From the NCBI GenBank assembly GCA_000388065.2, contig KB932206.1: a stretch of 51,483 nt of DNA. The stretch is one strand, 5' to 3'. The translations under genes and the position numbers were made by a program. The notes under the pieces are model-generated. The model saw only the letters and a program-made list of their open reading frames with translations. It was not told the origin of the DNA and ran no database searches. Positions 29,559 to 46,378 of the stretch are shown here, one piece after another. This DNA comes from Fonticula alba ATCC 38817. Taxonomy: Eukaryota; Protista; Nucleariida. Position 1 is the first letter of the stretch, and each line of letters opens with the position of its first letter.

Positions 29559-31799
29559 TTGGCGGGGGACCACGGGAGGCTAGGGCACAACGAGCGCCGG
29601 CATAGACGTGAAGCCGGTCACACAAGCAGAGGAGGCGGGAGGGGAGGGGGGGAGAGGAGGGGGGGGGGGGCGGGGGGAGGCGCCGGAAGGGGGGTAGCTG
29701 AGCACTCGAGCCGAGTGTCCAACAAAAGCCCGGATCCCCTTCAACAGGCGGGGAGCCGTTTGCTGTCACTCACTTGCCGCATCGCTGGGGCAGGGAGGGA
29801 CGCGGGGCGCCGGGGGACGGGGGAACAGGGGGGGGGGGCGGGGCGGGGCGGGGCGACACCAGGCCGAGGGCATGCTCCCCTCAACAGCCGGGGAGGCAGA
29901 TCGAGGGGAAACCCCGGCGGGCATGGCGTCTCGCGTTCGTGTCACAGGGCTGGGGAACGGAGCAGGAGCAGGAGCAGGAGCAGGGCGGTAGTGTCCGGCA
30001 TGGGCCTCCACGCCTGTGGCCAGGTCGCAAACCGGGAGGAGCGATCGGCCCACCCAGGCACGCGACACGTCGGCGGGGACGCTGGCCGGCGCACATGCTG
30101 AGGGGGTGCCGGTGGTGGCGGCGGCGGCGGCGGCAGTGGGGGGNNNNNNNNNNNNNNNNNNNNNNNNNNNNNNNNNNNNNNNNNNNNNNNNNNNNNNNNN
30201 NNNNNNNNNNNNNNNNNNNNNNNNNNNNNNNNNNNNNNNNNNNNNNNNNNNNNNNNNNNNNNNNNNNNNNNNNNNNNNNNNNNNNNNNNNNNNCCCCCCG
30301 CTGCCATGTTCCCCGGCGGATGAATCATCAAGATCACCGGGCGGTGGTGCCATGGTGGCGTGTGTGGCGGCGAACTTGCCAGGTTATTCGGCGCTGCCGC
30401 ACCCCATGGTAGCGCGGCGCGGCCCTCTCGGCTCGGCGGGCCACTTTCGTCCCCAGCCAGGGCGACTGATGCCACTCTCACGCTGGGAGCTGGGGCGAGA
30501 CCGAGAAAGGAGGCGCGCGCCGCACGGCCGGCATATGCACCCAGCCCGGCGGTCACTCATCCCCCCCTCCCCCCCCCCCCTCAACCGTCCCCAGCGCGCG
30601 CGCGGCAGAAACCGGCCCTGGTTACTCTCCCTTCCGGGTCCATGGTGGCCCCACCAGCGCACGCCGGGTTTATTAGAGCACTTAATATCTCTTCTGAACA
30701 TAAAGACACCTTTAATATTTAAGAGGCCCCCCCCCCCGCCCGGGCCCTCCGAGGGCAGGGGATGCTGGCCGTCTGCTCCGCCGCGGCAGATGCCAGGGGA
30801 TTCTTCAGGCACACACCGGGCCCCAGGGCGATAGCCGGCGGAAAATCGGACGGATCGCTGGGCTTCCCGCCCCATGGAGTCCGGTTCCTCTGAGGCCGCC
30901 GCCCGCCGAGGCACACAACATGTGCCCCAGGGCAGGGGGGGGGGGGGGGGGACTGCCGCAAAGACGAAGATAGAGGCGGCGCACGGGGGGGACGAGGGGC
31001 GGGACACGGGACGGGCGAACGCGATCTTCCAGCCCTCCTGCGCCGGCTCACCCTCTCCCCTGTGCGCTCCCCCCCCCCCCGGAACCGCACAGGGAGCACC
31101 CAATCAATCCTAGCGCCCAGTCTGGTGCGCGAAAGATGTGCGCGTGTTCTCGCGATTGATCCGCATGACCTGAGGATGTGCGCGTGTTCAAGAGCTGCCC
31201 ATGCGGCGATTACAGATCGCGTCGCCACCCGGCCCACTGACCCGCCGAGGCGCCTCGATTTCGCCACGGGTCGCCCCCCCCCCCCCCTGCGTGTCTCTGC
31301 GAGCGTGTGCCAGCCGGCGCCCGGGCCCAGGGCCGCTGCGTGGCCCCCCCCCCCGGCCGGGCGCCCGACAAATTGACAACGGAGAGACCCGGGCTTGGCG
31401 GAGGGTGCCACCCGGCTCCGGGCCGGGGGGGGGGGTCCTTGCACACGCGCGTGCGCCCCTCTTCTTCCCAGGGCGACTGAAATGCCCGCGCTCCCCCGAG
31501 CACCCGGCCNNNNNNNNNNNNNNNNNNNNNNNNNNNNNNNNNNNNNNNNNNNNNNNNNNNNNNNNNNNNNNNNNNNNNNNNNNNNNNNNNNNNNNNNNNN
31601 NNNNNNNNNNNNNNNNNNNNNNNNNNNNNNNNNNNNNNNNNNNNNNNNNNNNNNNNNNNNNNNNNNNNNNNNNNNNNNNNNNNNNNNNNNNNNNNNNNNN
31701 NNNNNNNNNNNNNNNNNNNNNNNNNNNNNNNNNNNNNNNNNNNNNNNNNNNNNNNNNNNNNNNNNNNNNNNNNNNNNNNNNNNNNNNNNNNNNNNNNNN

Positions 31800-31831
<32 letters not shown>

Positions 31832-32045
31832 TATATCTGGCCAACACCCTGCGCGATCCCAGCCGGCTGCCTCCTCCCCCTCCCCTCCTTCCTGCCACTT
31901 CGCCCCCTCGCGTCGCCCCCCTGGCGCCACCCGGTCGCTTTCTCCTCCCCTCTCCCTCCCGCTCGTGTGATCCCACTGCATTTCCCCTCCCCCCCCTGAG
32001 AGCTGCATCCTCTCGGCCCCGATCTGCGCTCGCGCCCGCGCCACC

Positions 32046-34592
32046 ATGAACGACCCGTCTGCGTTCTCCGACTGGTCTGAGCGGTCGCTCTTCTCTGCCC
32101 TCGGCTCGGGAGCGCGCTTCGACCGCTCCGCCAAGAAGGCCTTCGCCGGTGCGCGCGATGCCTCGGCCGCCAACCAGCTGAGCACCTCATCCAAGCAAAC
32201 CCGTGAGAAGATCGCCTCGCAGCTGGACTTCTTCGGGACAGGGACCTCCCTCCTGCAGGGCACCACTGCCAAGGATAAGGATGCCGCCGCCGCCGAGGAC
32301 GACGGCCCCGACACCGACACCGATGCCGATGAGCCGGAGGACACCGGCTCCGGCGCCGAGAGCGATGCCGAGGATGACGGTGAGGACGCGCCTGCCCAGC
32401 TGTCGCGCAAGGATCGCAAGCGTGCGCAGGTTCGCGTCAGCGACCCGGAGGCCCCGAAGCCGGTGACGTCCTTCCAAGAGTTCGCCACCCGCTACGGCAT
32501 CGCCTCCTACCTGGCCAACAATCTGGAGAAGTACCACTACTCCAACCCGACCCCGATCCAGCAGCACGCGCTGCCCATCATTTCCGAGGTCCGTGCACAC
32601 GCACACATGGTGTTTCCCCTTTCCCCGCGCGGTCACCTGCCCCCAGCCACTCCACCTGGATGTCGACCCACCGCCTGCTTTCTGACACATGCATCTGCAT
32701 GTGCTATCTTTCCCGCTTTCACCCCCTGTCCCTCCTCTTGCGCTTGTCATGCACAGGGCCGCGAGGTCCTGGCCATCGCGCCGACCGGCTCCGGTAAGAC
32801 GCTGGCCTACCTGCTGCCGATCCTCCATCTCTTGAAGGGTCCCTCCGGCGAGGGGCATCGCGCCCTCTTCATTGTCCCCACCCGGGAACTGGCTCAGCAG
32901 GTAGGCGGTCCTTCTTCCGGCGCCACATGTGTCTGCTCTTTGCCCCTTCCCGTCTTCCCCCCCCCCCCTCTAACACCCTCTGCTCCATGCACCACTGCCC
33001 ATAGATTTACCGCGAGTTCAAACGCCTCAGCGAGGGTCGCAATTTCCGCGTGTGTGTCCTGACCAAGGCCTCGGCTGCCGGGTCCAAGGAGCAGCAAGTC
33101 CTCAGCAAGCGCTTTGGTATGTGTCCCATCTCCACACCCCCCCCCCCCTCCCTGGCACTGTCTTGCTTGTTGTCGATGGCAACTGACCCCTCGCCGCCCT
33201 TCCCTTCTGCTTTTTCTCCCCCCCTCCATTCCTCGCTGCTTCTCTCACCATGCCCGTCGTGTAGACATTCTCATCACCACCCCGATGCGCCTGGTCCACC
33301 TCATACAGCAGAAGGCCGTCGACCTGACCAAGCTCGAGCACCTGGTGCTTGATGAGGGTGATCGCCTGCTGGAGCTTGGCTTCTTGGAGCAGGTCGATGA
33401 GATTCTGGCCGCGTGCGGCACCGCCGCCGGGGCTGGCCCGGCTGCTGACACCGGTCGGCGGCCCCTATCCAAGTACCTCTTCTCGGCCACCCTCTCGGTG
33501 CAGATCGAATCCATGGCCCGGTCGTTCATGCGCGACCCGGTGCGCATTGTGGTCGGTGTGCGTAACACCGTGTCTCTGACGGTCGAGCAGTCGCTCATGT
33601 ACGTCGGCAGCGAGGAGGGCAAGCTGCTGGCCATCCGGCAGATCATTCAAAAGGTGCGCATCCAACATCCCCCTCCTCTCCGGCTCCCGGGTGCCGTGTG
33701 TCCTAGCCCTCGCATATTGACCTCCTCCCCCTACCCCCTACCCCCTACCCCCACCATGCTCCTCATCCACAGGGCGTGCGCCCGCCGGTCCTCATCTTCG
33801 TCCAGTCGAGGGAGCGCGCCAAGCAGCTCTTCCACGAGCTGGTGTACGACGGCATCAATGTGGATGTCATTCATTCGGAGCGTACGCAGCAGCAGCGCGA
33901 CCAGATCGTCGACAAATTCCGCACCGGGCAGATCTGGTTCCTGATTGCCACCGAGCTCATGGGTCGTGGTATGGATTTCAAGGGTGTCAACTTGGTGATC
34001 AACTATGACTTCCCCCAGACCACCGTTTCATATATCCACCGGGTGGGTCGTGCTGGCCGTGCTGGCCGGCCAGGCCAGGCTATCACCCTCTTCACCAACG
34101 ATGACAAGCCCATGCTGCGGTCCATTGCCACGGTCATGAAGGAGTCCGGCTCCAAGGTGGAGGACTGGATGCTCACCCTGCCGCGTGTGTCCCACGGGCA
34201 CAAGTCCAAGGTGGCCGCGCGGCCGATCTCCCGCTCGGACATCACCTCCTCCCATGAGACCAAGTTCGAGCGCCGCATCAAGAGCCGCAAGAGGTGCGCA
34301 CTTTCTGTCCCGGCGACGGTGCCATGTCCCTGGGCGCCGCGGGGGAGCGCTGACGGTCTCCTCCGTTGCGGGCTGTCTCCCTCTCTCTCTCTCTCTCTCC
34401 CCCCCTTTCCTTGCTGACCCTCCCTTTCGCCTCTCACTTGATCTATATGTTTCTGCTTCTCCGAACACGCTTCTGCCCAGGCAAATCATCGAGCAGTCCA
34501 AGCAAAAGAAGGACCGGGCAGCCAAGCGCGCCAAGAAGGATGCCAAGAGTGGTGGGTCATCCGCGGAGACCGATGCGTCGGCAGATTCTTGA
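32046..34592 (+). CDS. DDX52: DEAD-box rRNA helicase DDX52/ROK1, about 6 exons
   Basis: CGCCACCATG start; [107 protein letters not shown]. Confidence 0.93.
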
Positions 34593-35228
34593 GGGCGATG
34601 CCGCCCGCGCGCCCGCACGCATGCATGTTCGCTTGTCTGCGTGCGTGCATGTGTGTGTGTGTGTGTGTGTGTCTTCCGCCCCCCTCCTTTCTAGCCGCGG
34701 GCACACGCATGCCGGTGTCTGTTTCTCCCTCCGCTCCCTCCCCCTCCCCCTCTGATGAGAATGGTGGACCTCTTTTTCATCCTCCCCCCAGTGTGCCCTG
34801 CTGGCTGTTGTGTGCTATCTCCTCCTCGCATGCCTCCCTGTGGGGTCACCGCGGGTGCACTGCTCTTTTTACCATCCCACAATAGAATCAAACATACATG
34901 CATCTCCCTCCCCCCCCCCCTTTGCGTCTTCCCCCTCTTGCTGTCCTGGGCGCGTCGTGTGTGGCGAAAAATGAGCGAAAAAAAAACAGAGAGAGAGGAA
35001 ATGTCCACTTGGGCAGCATATACAAAGACAGGGACGCGCGCTATCGGTGGGGTTTCATTTGGCCGAGAAGGGAGGGGAGATGGTGCCTGTTCGCGCACAT
35101 ACGCACTCCCACACCCGCACGCGCGCGCGTGCGCGCGCGTACACATGAAAGTGAGCGAGGGAGAAGGCGGCAACAGTAGCCGACACATGCACTTACACAC
35201 AGACATACGCACAGGCGCACACGACCCA

Positions 35229-38372
<3,144 letters not shown>

Positions 38373-39062
38373 CAATTTGGCGGCGGGGGCGGCCTAGCAG
38401 GACCGCGGCGGATGACCAGAAGAACCAGTCACCCAGAAAAGGGGCACGAACACCGGGCGGAGCGCGCGAAGGGAAAGTGGACGGGGCTGGGAAGAGGCGG
38501 CTGGGGACCGGAGAGGAGAGAGAGAGAGAGAGAGAGAGCGGGAGGGAGAGAGGGAGGGAGGGGAGGGAGTCGGAGGGGAGGTGTTGCCGGGGATGGGCGG
38601 CACCGTTTGCCTGAGTGGCTCGCCTTATGCGGAGGGCGGGGGAACAGGGGGGAACGGGGGAGGGGGGGGGGCATGGACGGGCGGAGCAGGGGGGAGGAAA
38701 CAAATGGATGCATCCCCTGGGGGCGAGGGGGGGGGGCGACTCAGTCCCTGGGTCGTGGCCCACCCACGATCTGGGCCGCAGGGGCTTTCTGCCCCCCCCC
38801 CCCCCCCCCCCCCCCGTGGCCCCCCGTGGTTTGGTGCCGGGGCGGTGTTCGAGCGTGGCGGGATCCGCGGGGCCACCCCAGGAGCCTAAGATGCCGGCGA
38901 TGGGTGTATTTCTCTCCCCCCCCCCTCCCCGCGGTTGGCCCTCCGGCCACGGAAGCCCGTCCTCTCCGATGGGCACCTGCGGGTATGCCCGGGACCAGGG
39001 GTGCCCCCCCCCCCCTGCGCACGAAAGCCCGCACACTTACGCACACCTGCGCATGCACACAG

Positions 39063-39100
<38 letters not shown>

Positions 39101-40884
39101 CGGCTCTTGGTGCCTGCCATTGCGCACGGCTCAGCAGTATATTGCCCTCTCAGGGGGGCAGGTGGCCCTGGCGGAGATGCCTGCCGCCGGCAGGGCCACC
39201 TGCCGCTGTGTGGAACACCATATCATCCTGGCGGGCTCACGGTCGACCGACGAACACTCACACGATCACAAGCCCGCACTCGCACGTCGGTGTGCCCGCG
39301 CCCGGTGGGAGATGATCGGCTGGTCTGGCGATCCGCCCCGAGGGGGGGCGAGGCCGGAGGGCTGGCAGCGCGGGGACGGACCGGCGAGGGGGCGAGGAGA
39401 CACCCATCTCCATACGGAGGATGGGTAACCCCCGGGGACATATACTGCCCCGGCCTGGGACGTCGCTCGGAAGGCAGGGAGGCCCGACCGGGGGACCGAG
39501 GGACCGGGGGACCGGGGGACCGGGGGACGGGCGGGGGGGCGGGGGGGGGGGGGGGGGCTCCAGTCAGAACTTCAGTCACCCTCCACGCCCAGTTCCCTGC
39601 GCCCCCCGGTCGGGGCCAACCTATCCGGGCCCAGGCGAGCATCGGCCTATGTGGGCCGGTGCATCACCTTTCGTCCGGTTGTGCCGGCGGCCGGCGCGGC
39701 GGGAATTATGCCGAGCACGGCGACAAGGGGCCGGGAGGGGGGGGGGGGGGGGGGGGGGGGGTGACACCCCTGCGCCTGGGAAAGCTGGTCTGCCTTGCTG
39801 ACAAACGCGCCGAGGTGGGGCCTCATGCGCCACGGGAGAGCACTCCCACCGGCGGCCGGGGGCCGGGGAGGGGGGGCATGCCCTCCCGGCCGGCACTCGG
39901 GGCCCACCGAACATGGACGCTAGGGACCCCAACCGCCCGGGCGGTGTCCGGCAGGCCTTTCCCTGTGGGACGCCGGGCTCTCTCTCTCTCTCTCTCTCTC
40001 TCGGCCCGGCCCGGCCCGGCCCGTCTGGTGCCCACTTTGGGCCACATCCAGGGGGCGCGGGGGGCGGGGGGCGCCGAGAGCCCTGCGGCCGCCGGATCAA
40101 TTCGGCCCGGCCCCTGTACCCGAGGCCCTGGCAGAGCAGGACCACCCGGCCACTGGCCCCCCGCACCCCCCCCCGCCTTCTCCCCCCGTACCCCCTTCCC
40201 CCGGGCGCGAGCCGAGGAGAGGGTGGGGAGGGGGGAGGGGGGGGGGGGAAGAAGCGCGGGAAAGCCCAGGGCATGCGAGCGCAATGTGCCCCCGCACCCG
40301 CGCGCGCGCGCGCGCCCCTGTGAGAGCCGCCGAAACTCGCGGTGCGTTTTCCCTTCGGAGTCTGTGCGGTCCCCGCGTGCCGGGAGCCCGGCGCGGCATT
40401 CGCCAGGTGGCCAGCGAAGGCGCCGGCCCGAGCAAGCTGCCGTGTTGCAGCGCCCTGCCCGGCGCCGTCTGCCGGGCGCCCAAGGGGCATGGGAGACCTC
40501 CCAACTGATGAGGTCAGGGGTAAATGGGGTTCATTAATTTTACGGAGCGTCTGGATGCGCTCGCGCCCGGGCCTGCCGGCTCCGGGTGCCGCCCGCAGCC
40601 AGCCTGCGCCTGGCCCCCCCCCCCACCTCCCGCACCCAGGCAGCGCGCCAGACGCGGACATCTCCAGCTGGTCCTTGGCGTCATATGCCCGGACCCAAGG
40701 GAGAAGGACGACCGCCGCTCCGCGCAGGGGAGCAGGCGTGGCGAGCCACCGGCCCGGGCACGACGCCGTCTCGCCAGCAGCCACGCGCCCCCTCGGAGGC
40801 CGAATGGCCCTGGGGCCCTGCCGCCCCCCCGTTTCCCCCTTCCCTGCCACAGGCATGGGAAGCCGCTGCCCCACCACCAGCCGG

Positions 40885-40921
<37 letters not shown>

Positions 40922-42325
40922 GCCGGAGTTTCGGCCGTCCCGCGGGTCAGCCAGAAGCTGCAGCATGTGCCCAGGTCCGGGGCCTAATTAAGGTACCACA
41001 TGGGGGCGGTTCGAGGAGACGGTACACCCAACCCCTCCGGGCAGGCCGCCCCTCCCCAGCTACCAACCATCCGCAGGGCAGACACCCCGCCCAGGGGGAG
41101 CGGGGGGGGGGGGGGGCGGGGGACGGACAGGATCTCCCAGGCAGGAAGCCCCCCCTCCAAAAGGCCTTGTGCGCTGCGCACGCCTCGCGTGGAGGGGTGC
41201 GCAGGAACAACGAGCGGCAGGGGCGGGAAAGAAATACACGGGCGAGGTCCGGTCGCCACGCCACCTGGAAGGCAAGGGGGAGGACGCCAGCGCGCTGGCC
41301 CTTCCCGGAAATGGGGCAAAGGGGGCCCTCATCGGCGGGCGGTCCCAGTGGAAAGGGCGCGGCCGGCCCCGGGCAGGTCAAGGATGTGTCCTGGCCTCCA
41401 CAACGAGAGTCACCCTGCGGACGGGCAAGGCGGACCCTTGTTTGAGGCTGGGATCTCCCGGAGGGGGGGGGGGGGCGAGCGGAGGAGGAGGTGGCGGAAA
41501 AAGGTGGCTGCGTCAACAGCCGCAGGGGCGCCGGGCGACGCGTGAAGGCCGCGGGGCGCCGGGGCAGCCCTTCGCCATGTCAGGCCTTCGACCCTCCCCC
41601 CGGAAGGACACGACTACAGGCGGGCGCGAAGTGCGTGCGCCCCCTCCCCGCCCCCTCGGGCAGGGACTTCATGGCGCAAACAACACAAGGTGAGGCGGGG
41701 TGCCATCAACCGGCCTGGGGAGAGGACCGGGGCCCAATGTCACTCCCGGGGGCGCGGGGGGGCCGGCGTGCCCATGTCCCCGGTGGTCGTCCCCCATGCC
41801 AGGATCCCGCGGTGGCCTGTCGCCGTCGATGCCCGGCCGGCGTCCAACTACCGGGCAAACATCGGCCGNNNNNNNNNNNNNNNNNNNNNNNNNNNNNNNN
41901 NNNNNNNNNNNNNNNNNNNNNNNNNNNNNNNNNNNNNNNNNNNNNNNNNNNNNNNNNNNNNNNNNNNNNNNNNNNNNNNNNNNNNNNNNNNNNNNNNNNN
42001 NNNNNNNNNNNNNNNNNNNNNNNNNNNNNNNNNNNNNNNNNNNNNNNNNNNNNNNNNNNNNNNNNNGGGGGAGGAGGGAGCGATGGAACAGGACAAAAAT
42101 AAGCCGCAGGGCCGAGTGCGAGGGAGGGAGGGAGGCCGGTTGCTGTACATTTGGTGGGGAGGGGGGAGAGGGGGCGCAATGTGCCGGGAAAACTTGGCGC
42201 GGCCCCACACCCGGAGAGCCACCGCACGACGGCATGAACGGCACCACAGACCAGGGGAGGGAGGAGGGAAATGGCACGGGCACCGGCAACGATGATGCGG
42301 CGCCGCGGTGACCACCCGGCCCCCA

Positions 42326-44180
42326 TTAGTCCCACTCGCTGTCGGAGTCCTCTGCAAAAGGGGGAGAAAGCGGGGCAGGCACGGTGTCGAGTGGCGGTCA
42401 GTCGCTGGTCCGGAAACGCCCCCTCGGGCGGGCGCAAGCAGCAGCCAAGCCAGGGCCGGCGCCGCATTGCGACTGGGCAAAAGAGAGGATGCATACGCAC
42501 CTGACTCGGAATCCGAGAACTCCAGGGCCATGCGGCGCAGGAGAATCGCCGCGACATCGCTGCCACCAGCACTGGTGGCGGCCGGGGCCTTCTTCTCCTC
42601 GCGCTGGACAGGCTTGAGGGCAATCTGCGGGCGATGGCAGGCGCGGGCGAGGAGGGGGGGAGGGAGAGGGAGAGGAGAGAGACAGGGGTCAGAGGGTGCA
42701 GCGAAGGCGGGAGAACATGTGCGCGCGTGTGTGTCGTCGTCGAGGGGGTCAGATGAAAAGGGAGAGAGGGGGAGAGAGGGAGGGAGGGACGAACACCACG
42801 CTGGATACCACCAAGCAGATCGTTGCGGGAATCGGCGACCGGCGGCGGGGCTGGGCGCTCCATGGCCGGGGGCGGCGCACCGAAGCCGCCAGAGGGCGGC
42901 GGCGGCGGAGGGGCGCCACCGAAACCACCCGGAGGAGGGGGGCCAGGGGGCGGCGGCGGAGGCGGGGCACCACCTGTCGGGGCAATTCGTGCAAGCAGAG
43001 TGGTCAGGACACATGCAGCGACGGAGGGGGGAGGCAGAAGGAAAGAGGGCCAGAAAGAAGGGGGGGGGAGTAGAATGAAGTGCATGAGTGGAGGGAAAGG
43101 GGGAGAAAGTACCAGCCTGTGGGAGAGGGGCGAGGCAGACAAAGGCACAGCCAGCGACAAAGGTAGCGGGGGAGAGGGAGGGGGGGGGGGCAGATCGGAG
43201 CCGCAGCCGGAACAGATCGGGGCGGCATGAACAAAGAGCGCGCGTGACGACACGTTGCGAGTTAGGGAGGGGGAGGCATAGGGGGAGGAGGGAGGGGGGG
43301 GGGGGATGGCAAACAGACGGAAGGGACATCAGAAGGCGGAAGGCGCACGGAGGGCGGTGGCGGGGGGCCGGGCGGCGGCGGCGGGGCACCAAACCCACCG
43401 GACGGGGCCGGCGGCGGAGCACCGAAGTTGCCCGGGGGCGGGGGGCCAGGCGGCGGGCCGGGCGGCGGGGCGCCCGGAGGTGGGGCACCAAACCCGCCAG
43501 CCGGCGGCGGAGGCGGAGCACCAGCCGGCGGCGGGGGAGCGGCAAAGCCGGGCGCGCTGCCACCCGGCGGGGGCGGAGGCGGGGCGAAGCTCGGCGGTGG
43601 CGGCGGGGCCCCCAGCGACGACGAGGGCGGCGGCGGGGGGGCGAAGCTCGGCGCGCTCCCGATGTCGGCCGAGGCAGACGGGGCAACGGACGAGTCGCTG
43701 GCCGAGCCGGACCGCTGGGACGGGCCGCTGGAGATGACCCGGCCTTCGGAGTCGTAACGCTTGAACTGCAGCTCCTTGACCTTGCGGGTGCGAACTTCCC
43801 CGCTCTAGGTGCGTGTGATATGGCATGTGGGGGGTGGGTGGGCATGTGTGAAGCACGGGGAGGAAGGTGAGCGGGGCGCGGAGGACATGGGCGATCACCC
43901 AGGCAAGGGAACTGCGGGCGGGGGNNNNNNNNNNNNNNNNNNNNNNNNNNNNNNNNNNNNNNNNNNNNNNNNNNNNNNNNNNNNNNNNNNNNNNNNNNNN
44001 NNNNNNNNNNNNNNNNNNNNNNNNNNNNNNNNNNNNNNNNNNNNNNNNNNNNNNNNNNNNNNNNNNNNNNNNNNNNNNNNNNNNNNNNNNNNNNNNNNNN
44101 NNNNNNNNNNNNNNNNNNNNNNNNNNNNNNNNNNNNNNNNNNNNGAGGGAGGGAGGGAGGGAGAGAGAGAGAGAGGGAGG

Positions 44181-44240
<60 letters not shown>

Positions 44241-44847
44241 GACGCGGAGCTGAGATCGTGAGGGCAGCGAAGTTGGGGACATACGCTCCACCTGGCAGGT
44301 GTTGGAGATGAGGTTGGCATTGATTCGAGTTGATACCGTGGAAAGCTCGCTGCTGATGTTGTCCACACGAGTGTGTAGCGAGTTCACACGATCACTTGTC
44401 TGATCGGCGAGCTGGCCAAGCTCTGAGCGGGGGCCATTCGAGAGGAGAAAAGGTGGGGCGGCCGACAGGGGGTCATGGTTGTGGTGCAAGACGGGTCAAT
44501 GAGAGAGAGAGAGAGAGATGGTAGGGAATGAGATACATAAAAAGAGAGAGGGAGAGAGAGTCGGAAACGCACCAGAGAAAACGTTGACAACATACTTGGA
44601 GAGGTTGCTGAGGCGGGAGATGGCTGAAGCATCGGATGGCAGAGGCCAGGCACGTTAGCGGGGGAGGGGGGGAGCTCAACGAAATGGAGCAGGGCTGGCG
44701 TGTGCCGGCGCACGCACCATCAACAAACTGCTTGGACGCGACGGCCGCGAGCACATTCGAGGGGGGCTGAGTCTGGATGGCAGCCGCATCGAGCGTGTTC
44801 GGCGGGTTCGGCACGATGTGCTTCACCAGCGTGGTGGTGAAAGACAT
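42326..44847 (-). CDS. SCAR: SCAR/WAVE (WASF) Arp2/3 activator; N gap 43925-44144 may hide an exon
   Basis: N-terminal SHD-like exons (AISRLSNLSKYVVNVFS|ELGQLADQTSDRVNSLHTRVD), polyproline region, WH2 SRNDLLGGIQRG|IALKPV, central/acidic DVAAILLRRMALEFSDSES|EDSDSEWD*; no WH1 or CRIB seen. Confidence 0.88.
44145..44235. repeat. (GA)n microsatellite in a WAVE intron, next to an N gap
   Basis: Direct reading. Confidence 0.9.
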
Positions 44848-46346
44848 GGCGGAGATGGGGGGAGGAGGGGGCGAGAGGGGGAGAAACAGGAGCGGGGGTG
44901 TCTGGGCGGGCGGGGGAGGCTGCAGGGAGGCGAGGGCGGCAGAACCGGGAGGAGAAGGGGTGTGTAGCGGGATCTGTGCCGGGAGGGGGAGCTGTGCAGC
45001 CTGGTGTTTTCTTCCGGAGACAGGGGCAAAAGGGCGACCTCAGGGGGGGGGAGGTTCTCCACGAACCCAAGCCTCCAGCCGCACAGCTCAGGGTCAAGCC
45101 ACCGGTTGCGGCGCTCCCCCGAGTATGAGGGGGAACCAGGGGGGAAAACAACAACAAAAACAACACGCACGCCGGTGCACCCCGCTGAGAGAGGTGCCGG
45201 GCGCCCTTTGGCTGTGCCTGCCGCCATCCCCAACATGACCCCGACCGCCCCGTGCCAGCCTGCCGTCCCCCCGCCGCCGCCGCCGCCGCCGCCGAAGCTG
45301 GCTTCTCCGCCGCCCGCCCTCGCCAGGGGTGAAGTCTCCCGGGGGGGGGGGGGGCGGGGAGGACGCCCAGCCCCGGCGCGAGAGCTTCGGACGCCAAGGG
45401 GCCCCAATCGCCGGAGAAGGAGCGGGAATGCCCCCCCCCCCCGCCGTCCTGCGAACTCCAGGGGACGCGGGGGCTGGGAGACGGGGTACTCCCGCGGCGA
45501 TCGAGCTCCGCGCCCCGGTGGTGTGATGAGATCGTGTGATGTGGCAATGGCGTTTCCGAGGAGGCCCATCGCTCGCCTCACGAACACCCCCCCCCACACC
45601 CACACACCAAGGGGAACTATTCAATATCGCCCTGCCTGGGGGGCCGGGAGGGGAGCGCATTCTTGACATTCCCTCCGATTGGTTGCCGGCGCGCCTGCAC
45701 GCCTCCGGGCTGCTTGTCCATTCGCAAGTGTGAGTCCGTGTGCGCCGGGGTGGGGCTTGGAGGTCCTCCTCCCGGCAGGACGCCGTGTCTGCCCGGCTGC
45801 CGGGGGAGTTCTCCCCGTCTCTCGGGCACCCCTCGCGACAACGCCCGGGAACAACGCCCCGAGACCATGCCCGCTGCTTGGCCCCGCGGAGGGAGGGGCC
45901 GGTAATGCATACGCGCCGGAAGGGAGGGGAGGGGGGGCGGGCATCCCCTGGGCAGTTGTTGTTTTCGACGGTGGCCGGGTATGTGCGGACCTAGTCTCTT
46001 GGTACCTGAGGGCCCAGGCACAAAGCCGCACCAACTAGAGTGTACGAGGGGCGGGGGGGGGGGGACACACAGAAGGGTCTGCAAATCGCTCGACATTTTT
46101 ATAGCCAGATTATTGAAAGGGCAATTTCCAGGCCGAGCGCGCATCCCGCCTTTGTTGGCTCGACCACCGGGGCCGGGGCGGCTGCCCCCCCCCCCGGAGA
46201 AGTGGGAGCGGGCCTTTCCCGCTCCTTGGTCTCGGCGGCGTGTGTTGGCCAACACACACACGCACACACACACCGGGGTCAGGGCCTGCGGCTGCCAGAA
46301 CATGCCCCGGGCGGGTCATCCCGGGGGAGCCCTCCCCCGCCTCGGG

Positions 46347-46378
<32 letters not shown>

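Noticed and set aside
29766-30353. Minus-strand ORF MAPPPGDLDD... with CGCCACCATGG context
   Set aside because: Interrupted by an N gap, low complexity, and out of frame with the MFS donor at 29773; cannot be supported as a gene, though RNA-seq could revive it.
40505-40550. CTGATGAG as a hammerhead ribozyme core or snoRNA C box
   Set aside because: No stem II plus GAAA for a hammerhead, and no suitably spaced CTGA D box.
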